This document shows, in pieces, positions 47,934-59,587 of a stretch of 64,000 bases of DNA. The notes beneath the pieces are model-generated. The model made no database searches. It saw only the letters and a list, made by a program, of their open reading frames with translations, and was not told the DNA's origin. The position numbers and the translations under genes were made by a program. Source of the stretch: Polyangia bacterium (GTDB taxonomy: Bacteria > Myxococcota_A > Polyangia > Palsa-1104 > JAEUJZ01). Position 1 is the first letter of the stretch; every line of letters starts with the position of its first letter. Location of the stretch: positions 11,844 through 75,843 of the forward strand of contig JBGANQ010000012.1 of NCBI GenBank assembly GCA_044222245.1. The letters are read 5' to 3'.

Positions 47934-48488
47934 ATGGGCGACTGGCGATGGCGGCTGGTCCTGGGCCTTGGGCTGGCGCTGGCCGCCTGTCGGCGCGAGC
48001 CGACGCTGCTCATCGACGCCCGCGTCCAGCCCGACCTGAGCCCGGCGGCCATCGCGCCGGCCGCCCAGCCTGCCGCGCCCGCCGCGGCGCCGCCGCCGAC
48101 CCCGGTGGCGGCCGAGCCAGGTGCCGACTCCACCGACGCCGCCGTCGAGATCTCGGGCGAGCTTGAGCTGCCCCCCGGCGCTCCGCCCAAAGAGCGGCTG
48201 ATGGTCTACGTCACCCTGCGCGACTGCTTAAACGACGCCTCGCCGCTGCTGCGCCGCCTGCCGGCCAGCGATAACCGCAGCTACTTCGTCGCCGTCATCG
48301 CCCCGCGCGGCAGCTCCCTGTCGGTCTGCGCCGCCGCCGAGCCGGGACCGGGCAAGCCCGCCCACCTGTACGGCCGCGCCACCAAGACCCTGCAGCTCCA
48401 GCAGACCGCCGACCAGGCCTTCAGCGCCGTCGATATCACCCTGGCGGAGGGGCCACCGCGCCGCTTTGCCAGCCAGCTCGCCCGCTGA
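47934..48488 (+). CDS. Hypothetical lipoprotein
   Basis: I trimmed to ATG 47934: MGDWRWRLVLGLGLALAAC (lipobox), then an Ala/Pro linker and a globular C-terminal part. Confidence 0.65.
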   Translation: MGDWRWRLVLGLGLALAACRREPTLLIDARVQPDLSPAAIAPAAQPAAPAAAPPPTPVAAEPGADSTDAAVEISGELELPPGAPPKERLMVYVTLRDCLNDASPLLRRLPASDNRSYFVAVIAPRGSSLSVCAAAEPGPGKPAHLYGRATKTLQLQQTADQAFSAVDITLAEGPPRRFASQLAR

Positions 48489-48601
48489 TCGCGAGCCTGC
48501 CGGCTGGCAGTAGCAAGCCTAGTCCGCGGCCCGACTTGGGGTCCGGCCGTGCTGGCAGCCCGCGCGCCCGAGCTCGGCCGCAAGCTACGTCTTGCCGCAA
48601 G

Positions 48602-49585
48602 CTAGGGCTTGCGCGGCGCCTTCTCGCCCGGCTCGGGCTTGCGCGGCACCTTCTCGCCAAGCTCTGACTTAAGCACGGTGAACTCGACGTCGACCGGCCG
48701 CAGCTCGTAGGCGATGCCCGGCGGCAGCTTGACGACCTGGGGCCGCTTGACGTACTTGGTCCCCGGCGGCTTGCGCTCCTCGGCCGAGGTGTCGAGCATC
48801 AGCTCGGGCACGTCGGCCAGCTTGTCCAGGCCCTGCCCGCGCAGGACGATGGTCGCGGTCTCGGGGTGGAGCTTGACGTTCTGCGGCGAGCCGCTGGTTC
48901 GGATCGGCACGTTGGCGAAGGTCTTCTCGACCAGCTCGACCACCACCGCGGCGTCGATCTTGGGCGGCGGGTCATCGACGAACGAGGCGAACTTGGGCAG
49001 CGCCGCCAGCTCCACCGGCACGGTGACGGTGTCGCGAATTTCGCTGACTTTCAGCGGCTTGGACAGCACGTTGTGCATGTTCTCGACGACGTTCTGGGCG
49101 CCGCGCACGCGCACGCTGCGCGGCGTCGCCGTCGCCTGGCGGAAGCGATAGCCCTCGGGCGGCTCGCCCTCCATGGTCAGCTGCACCGGGATGAGGGCGG
49201 TCACCTCGGGCTCGTAGTGCAGGTAGACGCTGGGCGGCACGTAGCTCTCGATGCGCAGCCCGGGGGGGACCTTGACCATCTCGGGGGTGAAGCGCAGATC
49301 GCCCTCGCGCAGGGTCGACAGGTCCAGGTGGATCGGCTCTAGCGGCGTCTCGCCGGCGCGGTTGATGCGGCCCCACGGCCCGCGCACCACCACCTTGACC
49401 TGGTCGACGCGCGGCTGCGAGACCATCAGGCGGTCGCGCGGCTCGGTGTAGGTGACCTTCACAAACAGCGTGGTGTTGGCCTCGAGCTCGGTGCGGACGA
49501 CGAACACCAGGGTCAGCGCGACCACCAGGGAGATCGCCTTGAGAAACAGGTCCTCGACGAAGATCTTGTAGATGAACTCGCGCAT
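48602..49585 (-). CDS. cdaR: YbbR-domain protein (CdaR-like regulator of diadenylate cyclase)
   Basis: N-terminal TM helix and repeated YbbR-like beta units (VKVVVRGP.., VRVRGAQNVV.., ATIVLRGQG..). It sits immediately downstream of cdaA. The C-terminal codons contain a 30-bp tandem duplication (GEKVPRKPEPGEKAPRKP). Confidence 0.85.
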   Translation of the reverse strand: MREFIYKIFVEDLFLKAISLVVALTLVFVVRTELEANTTLFVKVTYTEPRDRLMVSQPRVDQVKVVVRGPWGRINRAGETPLEPIHLDLSTLREGDLRFTPEMVKVPPGLRIESYVPPSVYLHYEPEVTALIPVQLTMEGEPPEGYRFRQATATPRSVRVRGAQNVVENMHNVLSKPLKVSEIRDTVTVPVELAALPKFASFVDDPPPKIDAAVVVELVEKTFANVPIRTSGSPQNVKLHPETATIVLRGQGLDKLADVPELMLDTSAEERKPPGTKYVKRPQVVKLPPGIAYELRPVDVEFTVLKSELGEKVPRKPEPGEKAPRKP

Positions 49586-49593
49586 GCGGCCCC

Positions 49594-50874
49594 CTACTCT
49601 ACCTTGAGGGTCGGGCGCGCGTCGGTGGGAGCTGGCGGGGCGGCGTGCGGTGCCCCGGCGCCCGGGCTGGTCACCGGATCGTAGCCAGCCCCCGAGTTCA
49701 GCGCGGCCGGATCGGGGCGCTGCGTCTCGGCCGAAGACAGCGGCACGCTCGCCGCGGCCAGCTGCCCGATATTGAGGCGAGCAGTGGGCTCGCTCTTTGG
49801 CTCCACCGGGCTGGCCACCGCCCCTGCCTGCACCGCGGCGCTGTCGACGGGCACAAAGAACGGCTGCGTCTGCATCATGGCTAGCAGCTCGGGCGGCATC
49901 GACAGCGGGACCGGGCGCCGCTGCGGCGTAACCACGGGCGTGCCGGCCGGGGTCGGTGGCGGCGCGGTCGCCGCGGTGCCCGCGCCAAGCGGCACGCCCC
50001 CCAGCGAGATATCACCCGACTTGTTCTCGGGCTTGGCGCTGCGGCTCTGCGGCGGCGCCTTGCCCTTGTTGTTCTTCTTCTTCTGAAACAGCCCGAGCAG
50101 CGCCTTGCGCAGGGTCGCCGCGTCGAGGTCGCGGGCGATGTTGCCGTTAAAGCACAGCGACACGGTGCCGCGCTCCTCGCTGACCACGACGACCACGGCG
50201 TCCGTCTCCTCGGTGACGCCGATCGCCGCGCGGTGCCGGGTGCCGAGCTGCTTGTCGAGCTTGGTGTTGGCCGACAGCGGCAGCACGGCGCCGGCCTGGT
50301 GCACGCGCAGGTTGCGGATGATCACCGCGCCGTCGTGCATGTGGTTGGCGGCCTCGGGGATAAACAGGGTGATGAGCAGCTCCTTGGTCACCTTGGCGTC
50401 CAGCTCGACCCCGACCTCGCCCAGGTGATCGGACAGGTCGGCGTCGCGCTCGATGACGACCAGGGCGCCGATGCGCTGCTTGGCGAGCTCGCCTGCCGCC
50501 TGCACCACCTCTTCGATGACGTAGGTCTCTTCATACTGCCGGCGCATGAACAGGTTCTGGCCGACCTGCATGAGCGCCCGCCGGATGTCCTGCTGGAAGA
50601 TGACGACGAAGAAGATGATGAAGTAGTCGATCAGCTTCTCGAACAGCCACGAGACGGTAATAAGGTCCAGGCGCTTGGCGCAGAAGAACAGCCCGATGAT
50701 AAGGGCCATGCCGGTCATCGTCTGGGCGGCGCGGGTGCCGCGGACCAGCTTGAGGGCCCGGTAGATGATGTAAAAGACGATGAGCACGTCCGCGGCGGTG
50801 GTCACCGCGTCGCGGAAGGTGAAGCTGGTGCCGTTGAGGAACGAGAACACCGGCGTGCCGCTGTCGGGAGTCAT
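49594..50874 (-). CDS. cdaA: Diadenylate cyclase CdaA (3 TM + DAC domain) with ~160-aa Pro/Ala-rich C-terminal extension
   Basis: GALVVIERD, HMHDGAVIIR, LGTRHRAAIGVTEETDAVVVVVSEERGTVSL are DisA_N/DAC signatures. The start overlaps the folP stop (ATGA). Confidence 0.92.
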   Translation of the reverse strand: MTPDSGTPVFSFLNGTSFTFRDAVTTAADVLIVFYIIYRALKLVRGTRAAQTMTGMALIIGLFFCAKRLDLITVSWLFEKLIDYFIIFFVVIFQQDIRRALMQVGQNLFMRRQYEETYVIEEVVQAAGELAKQRIGALVVIERDADLSDHLGEVGVELDAKVTKELLITLFIPEAANHMHDGAVIIRNLRVHQAGAVLPLSANTKLDKQLGTRHRAAIGVTEETDAVVVVVSEERGTVSLCFNGNIARDLDAATLRKALLGLFQKKKNNKGKAPPQSRSAKPENKSGDISLGGVPLGAGTAATAPPPTPAGTPVVTPQRRPVPLSMPPELLAMMQTQPFFVPVDSAAVQAGAVASPVEPKSEPTARLNIGQLAAASVPLSSAETQRPDPAALNSGAGYDPVTSPGAGAPHAAPPAPTDARPTLKVE

Positions 50875-51887
50875 GGCTGCCCCCCAGCGGCGGGCGGGGC
50901 GACCGCGGCCAGCAGCTGCAGCGCCGCGCGGGTCGCCGCGACGTCGTGCACGCGGACGATCGCGGCCCCCTGCTGCGCCGCCAGCACGGCAGCAACCACC
51001 GACGGCAGCAGGCGATCTTCCACTGGCAGCCCGGTGGCTGCCCCGAGCAGCGACTTGCGCGAGGCGCCGATCAGCAGCGGACCGCCCAGGCCGGCGCGCA
51101 GGCGCCCAACCTGCCCCAGCAGTTGCAGGCTCTGGGCCGCCGTCTTGGCAAACCCCAGGCCCGGATCGTAGATGACCCGCGCCCGCAGCCTGGGGTCGGT
51201 GAGCGCACTCACGATGTCAGCCAGCTCCCTGATCAAAGTGTTGCACAGATCCGGGCCATAATCGGTGAGCTGTCGCATCGTCGCCGGAGTGCCGCGGGCA
51301 TGCATCATCACCAGCCCATCAAAGGCCTGCAGCACCTCGGCGATCGCCTGCCGGCTCACCGCGGGGGCGCCGGCCGCGGCCACCGCCGGCTGCAGCAGGT
51401 GCTGCGGGAAGGTGAGGTTGAGCAGTCGGAACCCGGCCTGAGCGGCGCGGCGGGCGGTGAGCAGGTGGCGGGTATCGATCGACAGCACGGCGGCCACCGG
51501 GCGGCGGCTGAGCGCGGCTACGAGCTCGCGCAGCCGCTCCCACTCGGCCTCGGCGGTGAGCAGCTCGGCGCCCGGGCGCGTCGACTCGGCGCCGAGGTCG
51601 ATAAGCTCGGCGCCGGCGGCGATGAGCTCGTCGATCCGCGACAGGGCGCGCGCGCAGTCGCTGTAGCGACCGCCATCGGCAAACGAGTCCGGGGTCAGGT
51701 TGACGATTCCCATGATGGCGCACCGCGCGGCGCTTATGGTCAGCACCTGGCCGTCGCTGCGGCGCAGCTCGATGCGATGCTCGCACGCCGGCCCCCCCCC
51801 CGCCCCAGGTCGGGCACCGGGGGTTGTGACGCCAGCACGAGCATGATCGGCCAGACCCTGCATCGGAGACACCCATAAGCTGTGCAA
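50871..51887 (-). CDS. folP: Dihydropteroate synthase
   Basis: IMGIVNLTPDSFADGGRY, IDLGAESTRPG, SIDT, GFAKT, LIGASRKS. The exact start (51887 or 51863) is uncertain. Confidence 0.92.
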   Translation of the reverse strand: MHSLWVSPMQGLADHARAGVTTPGARPGAGGGPACEHRIELRRSDGQVLTISAARCAIMGIVNLTPDSFADGGRYSDCARALSRIDELIAAGAELIDLGAESTRPGAELLTAEAEWERLRELVAALSRRPVAAVLSIDTRHLLTARRAAQAGFRLLNLTFPQHLLQPAVAAAGAPAVSRQAIAEVLQAFDGLVMMHARGTPATMRQLTDYGPDLCNTLIRELADIVSALTDPRLRARVIYDPGLGFAKTAAQSLQLLGQVGRLRAGLGGPLLIGASRKSLLGAATGLPVEDRLLPSVVAAVLAAQQGAAIVRVHDVAATRAALQLLAAVAPPAAGGQP

Positions 51888-52011
51888 TCTAAGACGAGAT
51901 CGGTACGAAAGAACTTTACCGCACCGCTTGCGGAAAAATCGCGACGATTCTCAGCAGATCGACAGCGCCAGCGCCGACTCCGGCGGGCCGCCCAGGCGAG
52001 CTGGCCGCTGC

Positions 52012-53952
<1,941 letters not shown>

Positions 53953-54316
53953 ATACCTCGTTGGGTAAAAAGTAACCGACCCGACGCCGCTCCCGCCGCC
54001 GCCAGCCCACACCGACCCGTGCCTGCCGTTGCCTGAGTTTGTCTCGCGTCCGATTCTTACTAATGCCTGGCGATGCCTGCCGTTACCAGAATCTAAGCCG
54101 CTTGGACCGAGGTAATATAACGCAAGAGTTTCTGTGGGCGAGTGGGGCGTTGCCATTATTGCATACGGCGACGGAGCGTCAACCCGCCGTCAGCCTCGCA
54201 CGCGCAGGCTGCCGAATCACTTCATGACGCGGCGAAATCTTTATTGTTGGCGCTTTTTGCGTATGGGCGCGCGCAAGCGGGCCGCGGGCCCAGCCGAGGA
54301 TCGGACAGGCAAGCTC

Positions 54317-55825
54317 CTAGATGGCCACAAAGCGGGCGCTTAGCACGCGCACGGGGGCCGAGGCGGTGGGCAGCTCGGGCGGGGCGGCGAGCCGGTGGCC
54401 GACGACCCACAGGATCTGCTCCCCCCAGCACAAGAGCCGGACCGCCGGCCGCGCCGCGCGCGGGACTTTCAGATCGATCAGCAGATCGCTCAGCTTGCGC
54501 CGCCCCCCGCGGTCGGCCAGGCGGATGCGATCCCCCGGGCGGGGGCCGCGCAGGGTCAGCGGAAACCCGTCGGCAGGCAGCACCAGCCGCGCCTCCTGCG
54601 CCCCCGCGGCGCGGCCTGAGGTAGGGCTCGCGGTCGTGGGGTCGCTCGCGGAGTTCAGCGACGAGGCGGACGGCTCCCACTGCAGTGAGAGGGTGCCCCC
54701 CGCCACGGGGTAGTCGCCGCAGCCCGGCAGCAGCTGCGGCGCCGGACCAGCAGCCGCTGCAGGCGGGGTATTGCGGGGGAAAAAATGGAGCTCAGCATAG
54801 CGGCGCTCGACCCTCCTCCCGCCTGGTAGATCCAGGTAGGCGGTGCCGTGAGCGCCGGCACAGAGGGCCGCCAGCGCCGCGATGTGGCTCTGTTCCAGGC
54901 CGCCTCCGCTGGCGCGCATCATGACCCGGGCGAACAGAGCCGGCGGCAGGGCGGCGGTCGCGGTCAGCGGCAGCATCACCGGCTCGGTGGCCGGCCGCTC
55001 GGGGCCGACCAGCGCCGCGTAGGCCGCGGCGGCCTGCTGCTCGAGATAGTCAGCGTCCTGGCGCAGCTGGGCCGCGAGCCGGGCCAGGCGGGCATCGAGC
55101 TGCGGCTGCTCGCGGCGCAGCTGCGGCAGCAGCTCGTGACGCAGGCGCGAGCGCTGGTAGTGAAGATCGAGGTTTGAGGGATCTTGCACCGGCAGCGGCG
55201 CCACCAGCGCCGCCGCCCGCTGCAGCAGGGCCTCCACCTCGGCGCGCGAGGTCGAAAGCAGCGGCCGCAGCAGCGTCACGGCGCCGGCGGGCTGTCCTGC
55301 GACCGGCAGCTCCCGCCGGGCCTCCATGCCGCAGAGGCCCCAGAGCCCCGACCCCGCCAGCCAGCGCATGAGCATCGTCTCGGTCTGGTCCTGCTGGGTG
55401 TGGGCGACGAGCACCGCCGCTGCCCCCTGGCGCTGCGCCGCCGCCGCGAGCGCCGCATAGCGAGCGGCTCGAGCCGCCGCCATCTTCGACGGTCCGGGCG
55501 GGCAGACGACGGGCACTTGCTCCGCCGACAGGCCCAGGCGAGCGGCCACCGCGCACACCTGCGCCGCCTCGGCGGCCGACTCGGCTCGGAGCTGGTGATC
55601 GACGCAGACCACATGCACCGTGAGCTGCAGCGGCTCGCGCAGCGCCCACAGCACCAGCAGCAGCGCCGTCGAGTCGGGCCCCCCCGAGCAGGCAGCGATC
55701 AGCCGTCGGTGCGCCGCGCCGCCGGAAGTCCAGTCCGTCAGCAGCGCGCGCACCTCGCGATAAGGCCGGCTGCGCCGGAGCGAGCGGCAGATGGAGGCAG
55801 CGGCGGCTGGATCGACGGGTGACAT
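54317..55825 (-). CDS. tilS: tRNA(Ile)-lysidine synthase
   Basis: PP-loop motif in LIAACSGGPDSTALLLVL. I trimmed to ATG 55825 (MSPVDP..), because the first 150 codons of the track ORF overlap the divergent gene and are Ala/Pro filler. Confidence 0.88.
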   Translation of the reverse strand: MSPVDPAAAASICRSLRRSRPYREVRALLTDWTSGGAAHRRLIAACSGGPDSTALLLVLWALREPLQLTVHVVCVDHQLRAESAAEAAQVCAVAARLGLSAEQVPVVCPPGPSKMAAARAARYAALAAAAQRQGAAAVLVAHTQQDQTETMLMRWLAGSGLWGLCGMEARRELPVAGQPAGAVTLLRPLLSTSRAEVEALLQRAAALVAPLPVQDPSNLDLHYQRSRLRHELLPQLRREQPQLDARLARLAAQLRQDADYLEQQAAAAYAALVGPERPATEPVMLPLTATAALPPALFARVMMRASGGGLEQSHIAALAALCAGAHGTAYLDLPGGRRVERRYAELHFFPRNTPPAAAAGPAPQLLPGCGDYPVAGGTLSLQWEPSASSLNSASDPTTASPTSGRAAGAQEARLVLPADGFPLTLRGPRPGDRIRLADRGGRRKLSDLLIDLKVPRAARPAVRLLCWGEQILWVVGHRLAAPPELPTASAPVRVLSARFVAI

Positions 55826-55871
55826 AAAGCCCTTGCAGGCGCCGAAACCAGCGCGACGCAGGTGGTCGGGC

Positions 55872-57239
55872 ATGGAGGCAGCGCAGGCGGATGGTACACT
55901 GGCGGCGATGAAGATCACGGGCGACGTTGCACTGGCTGCGGGGACCCCCCCGGCCAACTCAGGGTCGGCCGCGCCAGCGTCCGGCGGTGCCGCCGCGGCA
56001 GTCAGCAAGTCGGGCGGGCGCTGGGCGGCAGCAGTAGCGCTCGCGCTGCTGGGCGGCAGCGCGCCGTCCCTGCTCGCAGGGGGTGGGCCGGCGCTGATCG
56101 CGGCGACGGGCGGGCTGCTGGCCAGCGGTGCCCCGGCGTGGGCCGCGGGAGCTGCACGTCCGGCGACGCCAGCTCCGGCGGCTCGCAGCGCCGCGCCGGC
56201 CGCGGTCGAGGATCTGGCCACCTGGCAGGCGCGGGCTGACAAGGCGCACAAGGCGCTGGTCCTGGCGTTTGGCGCCAAGTGGTGCGGCCCCTGTCAGGTC
56301 TTCGATCGCCAGGTGCTGCCGCTGCCCGCGGTGCAGCGCGCGCTGGCGAGCGTCGTGTTTGTCCACTACGACGCCGACAATCCCACCGGGCTCACCGCGG
56401 CGCGCACCCTGGGCGTCCTGGGCTATCCGACCTTTGTCGCCCTGGCTCAAGACGGCCGCGAGATCGGCCGCCTGCAGGGCTACCGCGAAGCCGAGGAGTT
56501 TTCCCGCTGGGTCGCCGGCGCCGCCGCCGATGCCGAGCCGACCGCCGTCCTGCAGGCGCGCGCCGAGTCGGACAAGGCCCCGGCGCAGGCGCTGCTGCAG
56601 CTCGGGCGGCGGCAGCTCAAGAGCGGGGATGTCGCCGGCGCCGAGGCGCTGCTCGGCCGGGCCCAGAAGACCGCCGCCGGTCCCATCGCCGCCGAGGTCG
56701 ACTGGGAGCTGCGGCTCATCAAGCTGCGCCGGCTGCTCCGCGAGGAGCCGCGGCGCTCGATGGTCGAGCACCTGGAGCGCTTCTCAAGCGGTCCGAGCGC
56801 CGATGCCGCCTTCGCCGCCCTCACCCGCCTGGGAGCGGCCGACGCGCCGACCCGGCAGGCCCTGGGGCGCTACATCGATGCCCACGCCGACGCCAGCCAG
56901 CAGGACCTGCTGAATAACGCCGTCTACAGCTGCCTGCGCGTCGGGGCCCTCGCCGAGGCGGAGCGCGGCGCCCGGCGGCTGCTGGCGCTCGATGGCAAAA
57001 ACCCCGGCTACCTCGACACGCTGGCCGAGGTCATGCACCTGCGCGGCGACCGCGACAGCGCGCTGCGCTACTCGCGCGAGGCGCTGGCGGCCCTTGAGCG
57101 TGCGGGCATGACCGCCAAGGAGCAGCAGCAGACCCGCGCCGCGCTCGTGCGCAACCAGGCGCGCTTCGAGCGGGGGCAGCGCGAGCTGCCGCCCGAGCTC
57201 CAGGCCGAGGAAGAGGTCCTGCAGCCCTGGGAGAAGTAG
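55872..57239 (+). CDS. Membrane-anchored thioredoxin-like (WCGPC) + TPR-like protein
   Basis: ATG 55872 lies behind AGGTGG. TM segment RWAAAVALALLGG; LVLAFGAKWCGPCQVFD and LGYPTFV (thioredoxin fold); helical TPR-like C-terminus. Confidence 0.8.
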   Translation: MEAAQADGTLAAMKITGDVALAAGTPPANSGSAAPASGGAAAAVSKSGGRWAAAVALALLGGSAPSLLAGGGPALIAATGGLLASGAPAWAAGAARPATPAPAARSAAPAAVEDLATWQARADKAHKALVLAFGAKWCGPCQVFDRQVLPLPAVQRALASVVFVHYDADNPTGLTAARTLGVLGYPTFVALAQDGREIGRLQGYREAEEFSRWVAGAAADAEPTAVLQARAESDKAPAQALLQLGRRQLKSGDVAGAEALLGRAQKTAAGPIAAEVDWELRLIKLRRLLREEPRRSMVEHLERFSSGPSADAAFAALTRLGAADAPTRQALGRYIDAHADASQQDLLNNAVYSCLRVGALAEAERGARRLLALDGKNPGYLDTLAEVMHLRGDRDSALRYSREALAALERAGMTAKEQQQTRAALVRNQARFERGQRELPPELQAEEEVLQPWEK

Positions 57240-57249
57240 GCGCGGCCGG

Positions 57250-57519
57250 CTAACAGGCGGCGGCCAGGGGCACCGCGGCGTGGAACGTCAGGCGATAGAC
57301 GCTGTTCTCGGTCTCGACATAGACCGAGTCGCTGTCGGGATCGGTCAGGACCCGCCGCACCGGGGTGGTCACCATGCGGTGGCCGTTCGGATCGCGGAAG
57401 ATCACCATGCCCCGCCCTACCACCGGATAGCTGACCAGCAGGCCCTGATAGACTCGTCCGGAGCTCGGCGCACGATCGCGTCCTTGGTTACGGATCTTGC
57501 GTGCCGTGACATTGACCAT
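57250..57519 (-). CDS. Hypothetical small protein (89 aa)
   Basis: Track ORF with coding-like codon bias and beta-rich sequence. No convincing SD and no family recognised. Confidence 0.45.
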   Translation of the reverse strand: MVNVTARKIRNQGRDRAPSSGRVYQGLLVSYPVVGRGMVIFRDPNGHRMVTTPVRRVLTDPDSDSVYVETENSVYRLTFHAAVPLAAAC

Positions 57520-57628
57520 GGTCGACGGAGAGTGCCTCTCTGCTATCTTATCTTAGTCGCACGGGCCCAGGGATCTACTGCTTTGTTCCATCTGCTAGGA
57601 TAGCCCGCAGAAATGCAGACCGCGCCTT

Positions 57629-58468
57629 TTGGGGCCGCGCCCCGATGAGCCGACCCTGCCACCGGCAACCCACACCAACGCCTACCTGGTCGGGGAAGAG
57701 GACCTGCTGGTCGTCGATCCCGGCACCCCGGACGAGGGCGAGCTCGGGCGGCTGCTGACGCTGGTGGCGGCGCTGCGGGCGCGCGGCCGGCGGCTCGTCG
57801 GCATCTTTTTGACCCACCACCACGTCGATCACGCCTCGGGGGCGAGGTTCCTACAAGCCGCGCTGGGGGTGCCGATCCTCGCCCACGCGATCACGGCCGA
57901 GCGCGTCGCCGCGCAGCTTGGCATCAAGGTGAACCAGGCGGTAGCCGCGGACGAGCTGCTCCCGTTCGGGCCGGCCGGCCTGCGGGCGCTGCACACGCCC
58001 GGCCACGCGCCCGGGCACCTGTGCCTGCACGATGAGCACAGCGGTGAGCTCATCGCCGGGGACATGGTCGCCTCGGTGGGCACGATCCTGGTTCACCCCG
58101 ACGACGGCGGCGACATGCAGCTGTACCTGGCGTCGCTGCGGCGGCTGCTGGCGACCCGGCCGCGGCGCCTCTGGCCGGCGCACGGGGCGGCGGTGCAGGA
58201 CCCGGCGGGACTGTTGCAGTTCTACATTGCCCATCGCCTGCAGCGCGAACAGAAGGTGCTGGCGGCGCTGCGCCAGTCGGCGGGCACGGTCCACGAGCTG
58301 GTGCGCCTAGTGTACGCTGACACGAGCCCCGAGGTGCACTGGCTGGCCGCCGGCTCGCTGCTGGCGCACCTGCGCAAGCTGCAAGCCGAAGCGCGCGCCA
58401 CCCTCGATGAAAAGGGGCAGTGGCGGCTGCCCGAGGGAGCGCCTGACCCAAGCGGCGCCGGCGACTAG
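57629..58468 (+). CDS. MBL-fold metallo-hydrolase
   Basis: THTNAYLVG..LLVVDPG, FLTHHHVDHASGA (HxHxDH), HTPGHAPGH. The TTG start is doubtful (see findings). Confidence 0.88.
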   Translation: MGPRPDEPTLPPATHTNAYLVGEEDLLVVDPGTPDEGELGRLLTLVAALRARGRRLVGIFLTHHHVDHASGARFLQAALGVPILAHAITAERVAAQLGIKVNQAVAADELLPFGPAGLRALHTPGHAPGHLCLHDEHSGELIAGDMVASVGTILVHPDDGGDMQLYLASLRRLLATRPRRLWPAHGAAVQDPAGLLQFYIAHRLQREQKVLAALRQSAGTVHELVRLVYADTSPEVHWLAAGSLLAHLRKLQAEARATLDEKGQWRLPEGAPDPSGAGD

Positions 58469-58498
58469 ACTACCGCAGCGGGACCGCGTCGGGGGTAG

Positions 58499-59374
58499 CT
58501 ACGGGCGCCGGCGCAAAAGAGCCAGCCCACCGGCCGCCGCGACGAGCGCGAGCAGCGCCCCGAGCAGCCACTTCCCGTACAGCTTGAGCCAAGAGGGCCG
58601 CAGCCGCACGGCAGTGGCGTCCTGGCCGGCCGCCCCATAGCGAATGGTGACCGAGCGATCAGAGATCGACGAGCGCGGCGGGCCAGACCACTGAAACAAG
58701 AGCGTCGGTCCCGTCGCGACGCCCGCGGCGGGGGCCGCCGTCGCGACGCTGCTCTGCGTCGCGAGCACGCGCATCCCCGGACCTTCCTCGACCCGCAGCT
58801 CGATCTCGCCAACCGGGGGCAGGTCTACCCGATCGTCGTAGCGCAGCTCACCGGCGGCGCCGCTCGCCGTCGCCGGGAGCGTGCCGGCGACCTCGCAGGC
58901 AAAGGCGGTGGCGGCGACCGCCGGGCTGTCCAGGTGCAGCGGCGTCGCCTCCCAGGGCAGCGCGACCTCCGCAGCACCGCTGTATAGGTGGACTCCTTGC
59001 GCGACGCGCGCGCGCAGCAGCGCCGCCAGACCCGCCTGCTCGCCGTCGTCCAGGACGCCGTCGCCGTTGCGGTCGGCCTGCTGCCGCAGCGGCAGCGCCG
59101 GCACATCCCCGACCATCAAGGTATAAAAGAGGCGGATCTGCCGCGGCCCCTGCAGGACCACCTTGCCGTAGCGATTCACCGTCGACAGCGCGAACTGGGG
59201 ATGGGCGCCCAGGTCACCGGCCAGGCCCAGCGAGAGCGCGAGCGGGAAAAGGAGAAGGAGAAGAAGGAACGGCCAGCCGCGCGCCCCTGGCCGCAGCCAG
59301 AACGCCGGCGCCGGTCCGCGTGCGGTCGGTCGCCAAGATTGCCGCAGCTCAGCGCCTCGGTCGCGGGGTCGCAT
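58499..59374 (-). CDS. Hypothetical secreted/membrane-anchored protein
   Basis: I trimmed to ATG 59374. N-terminal hydrophobic WPFLLLLLLFPLALSLGLAG, an EF-hand-like DRNGDGVLDDGE, and a C-terminal TM helix WLLGALLALVAAAGGLALL. Confidence 0.6.
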   Translation of the reverse strand: MRPRDRGAELRQSWRPTARGPAPAFWLRPGARGWPFLLLLLLFPLALSLGLAGDLGAHPQFALSTVNRYGKVVLQGPRQIRLFYTLMVGDVPALPLRQQADRNGDGVLDDGEQAGLAALLRARVAQGVHLYSGAAEVALPWEATPLHLDSPAVAATAFACEVAGTLPATASGAAGELRYDDRVDLPPVGEIELRVEEGPGMRVLATQSSVATAAPAAGVATGPTLLFQWSGPPRSSISDRSVTIRYGAAGQDATAVRLRPSWLKLYGKWLLGALLALVAAAGGLALLRRRP

Positions 59375-59587
59375 ATTCGCGAAGTAACACGGCCGCGGCG
59401 GCCGGCGCAACCTCTGGCCGGGCTTTCGCCTGGCAAACTGCGGCCTTGACGGCTTCGTCGACGGATTGTAACGATTGCCGCGCTCGCAGCGCGCCGGCGT
59501 GGCAGTTCAGCGGCAGTCCGTCGGACACAAGCTAAGGCCTCGCCGCCGAGTGTGCGCCGTCCCCTCAAGATCAAGGAGCTCCCCCGC

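Noticed and set aside
55871-55874. CATG shared by a possible tilS start (minus, 55873) and the thioredoxin-like gene start (plus, 55872)
   Set aside because: The tilS ATG at 55825 has a better SD (AAGGG) and gives a normal-length TilS. The overlap is therefore probably not used on the minus strand.
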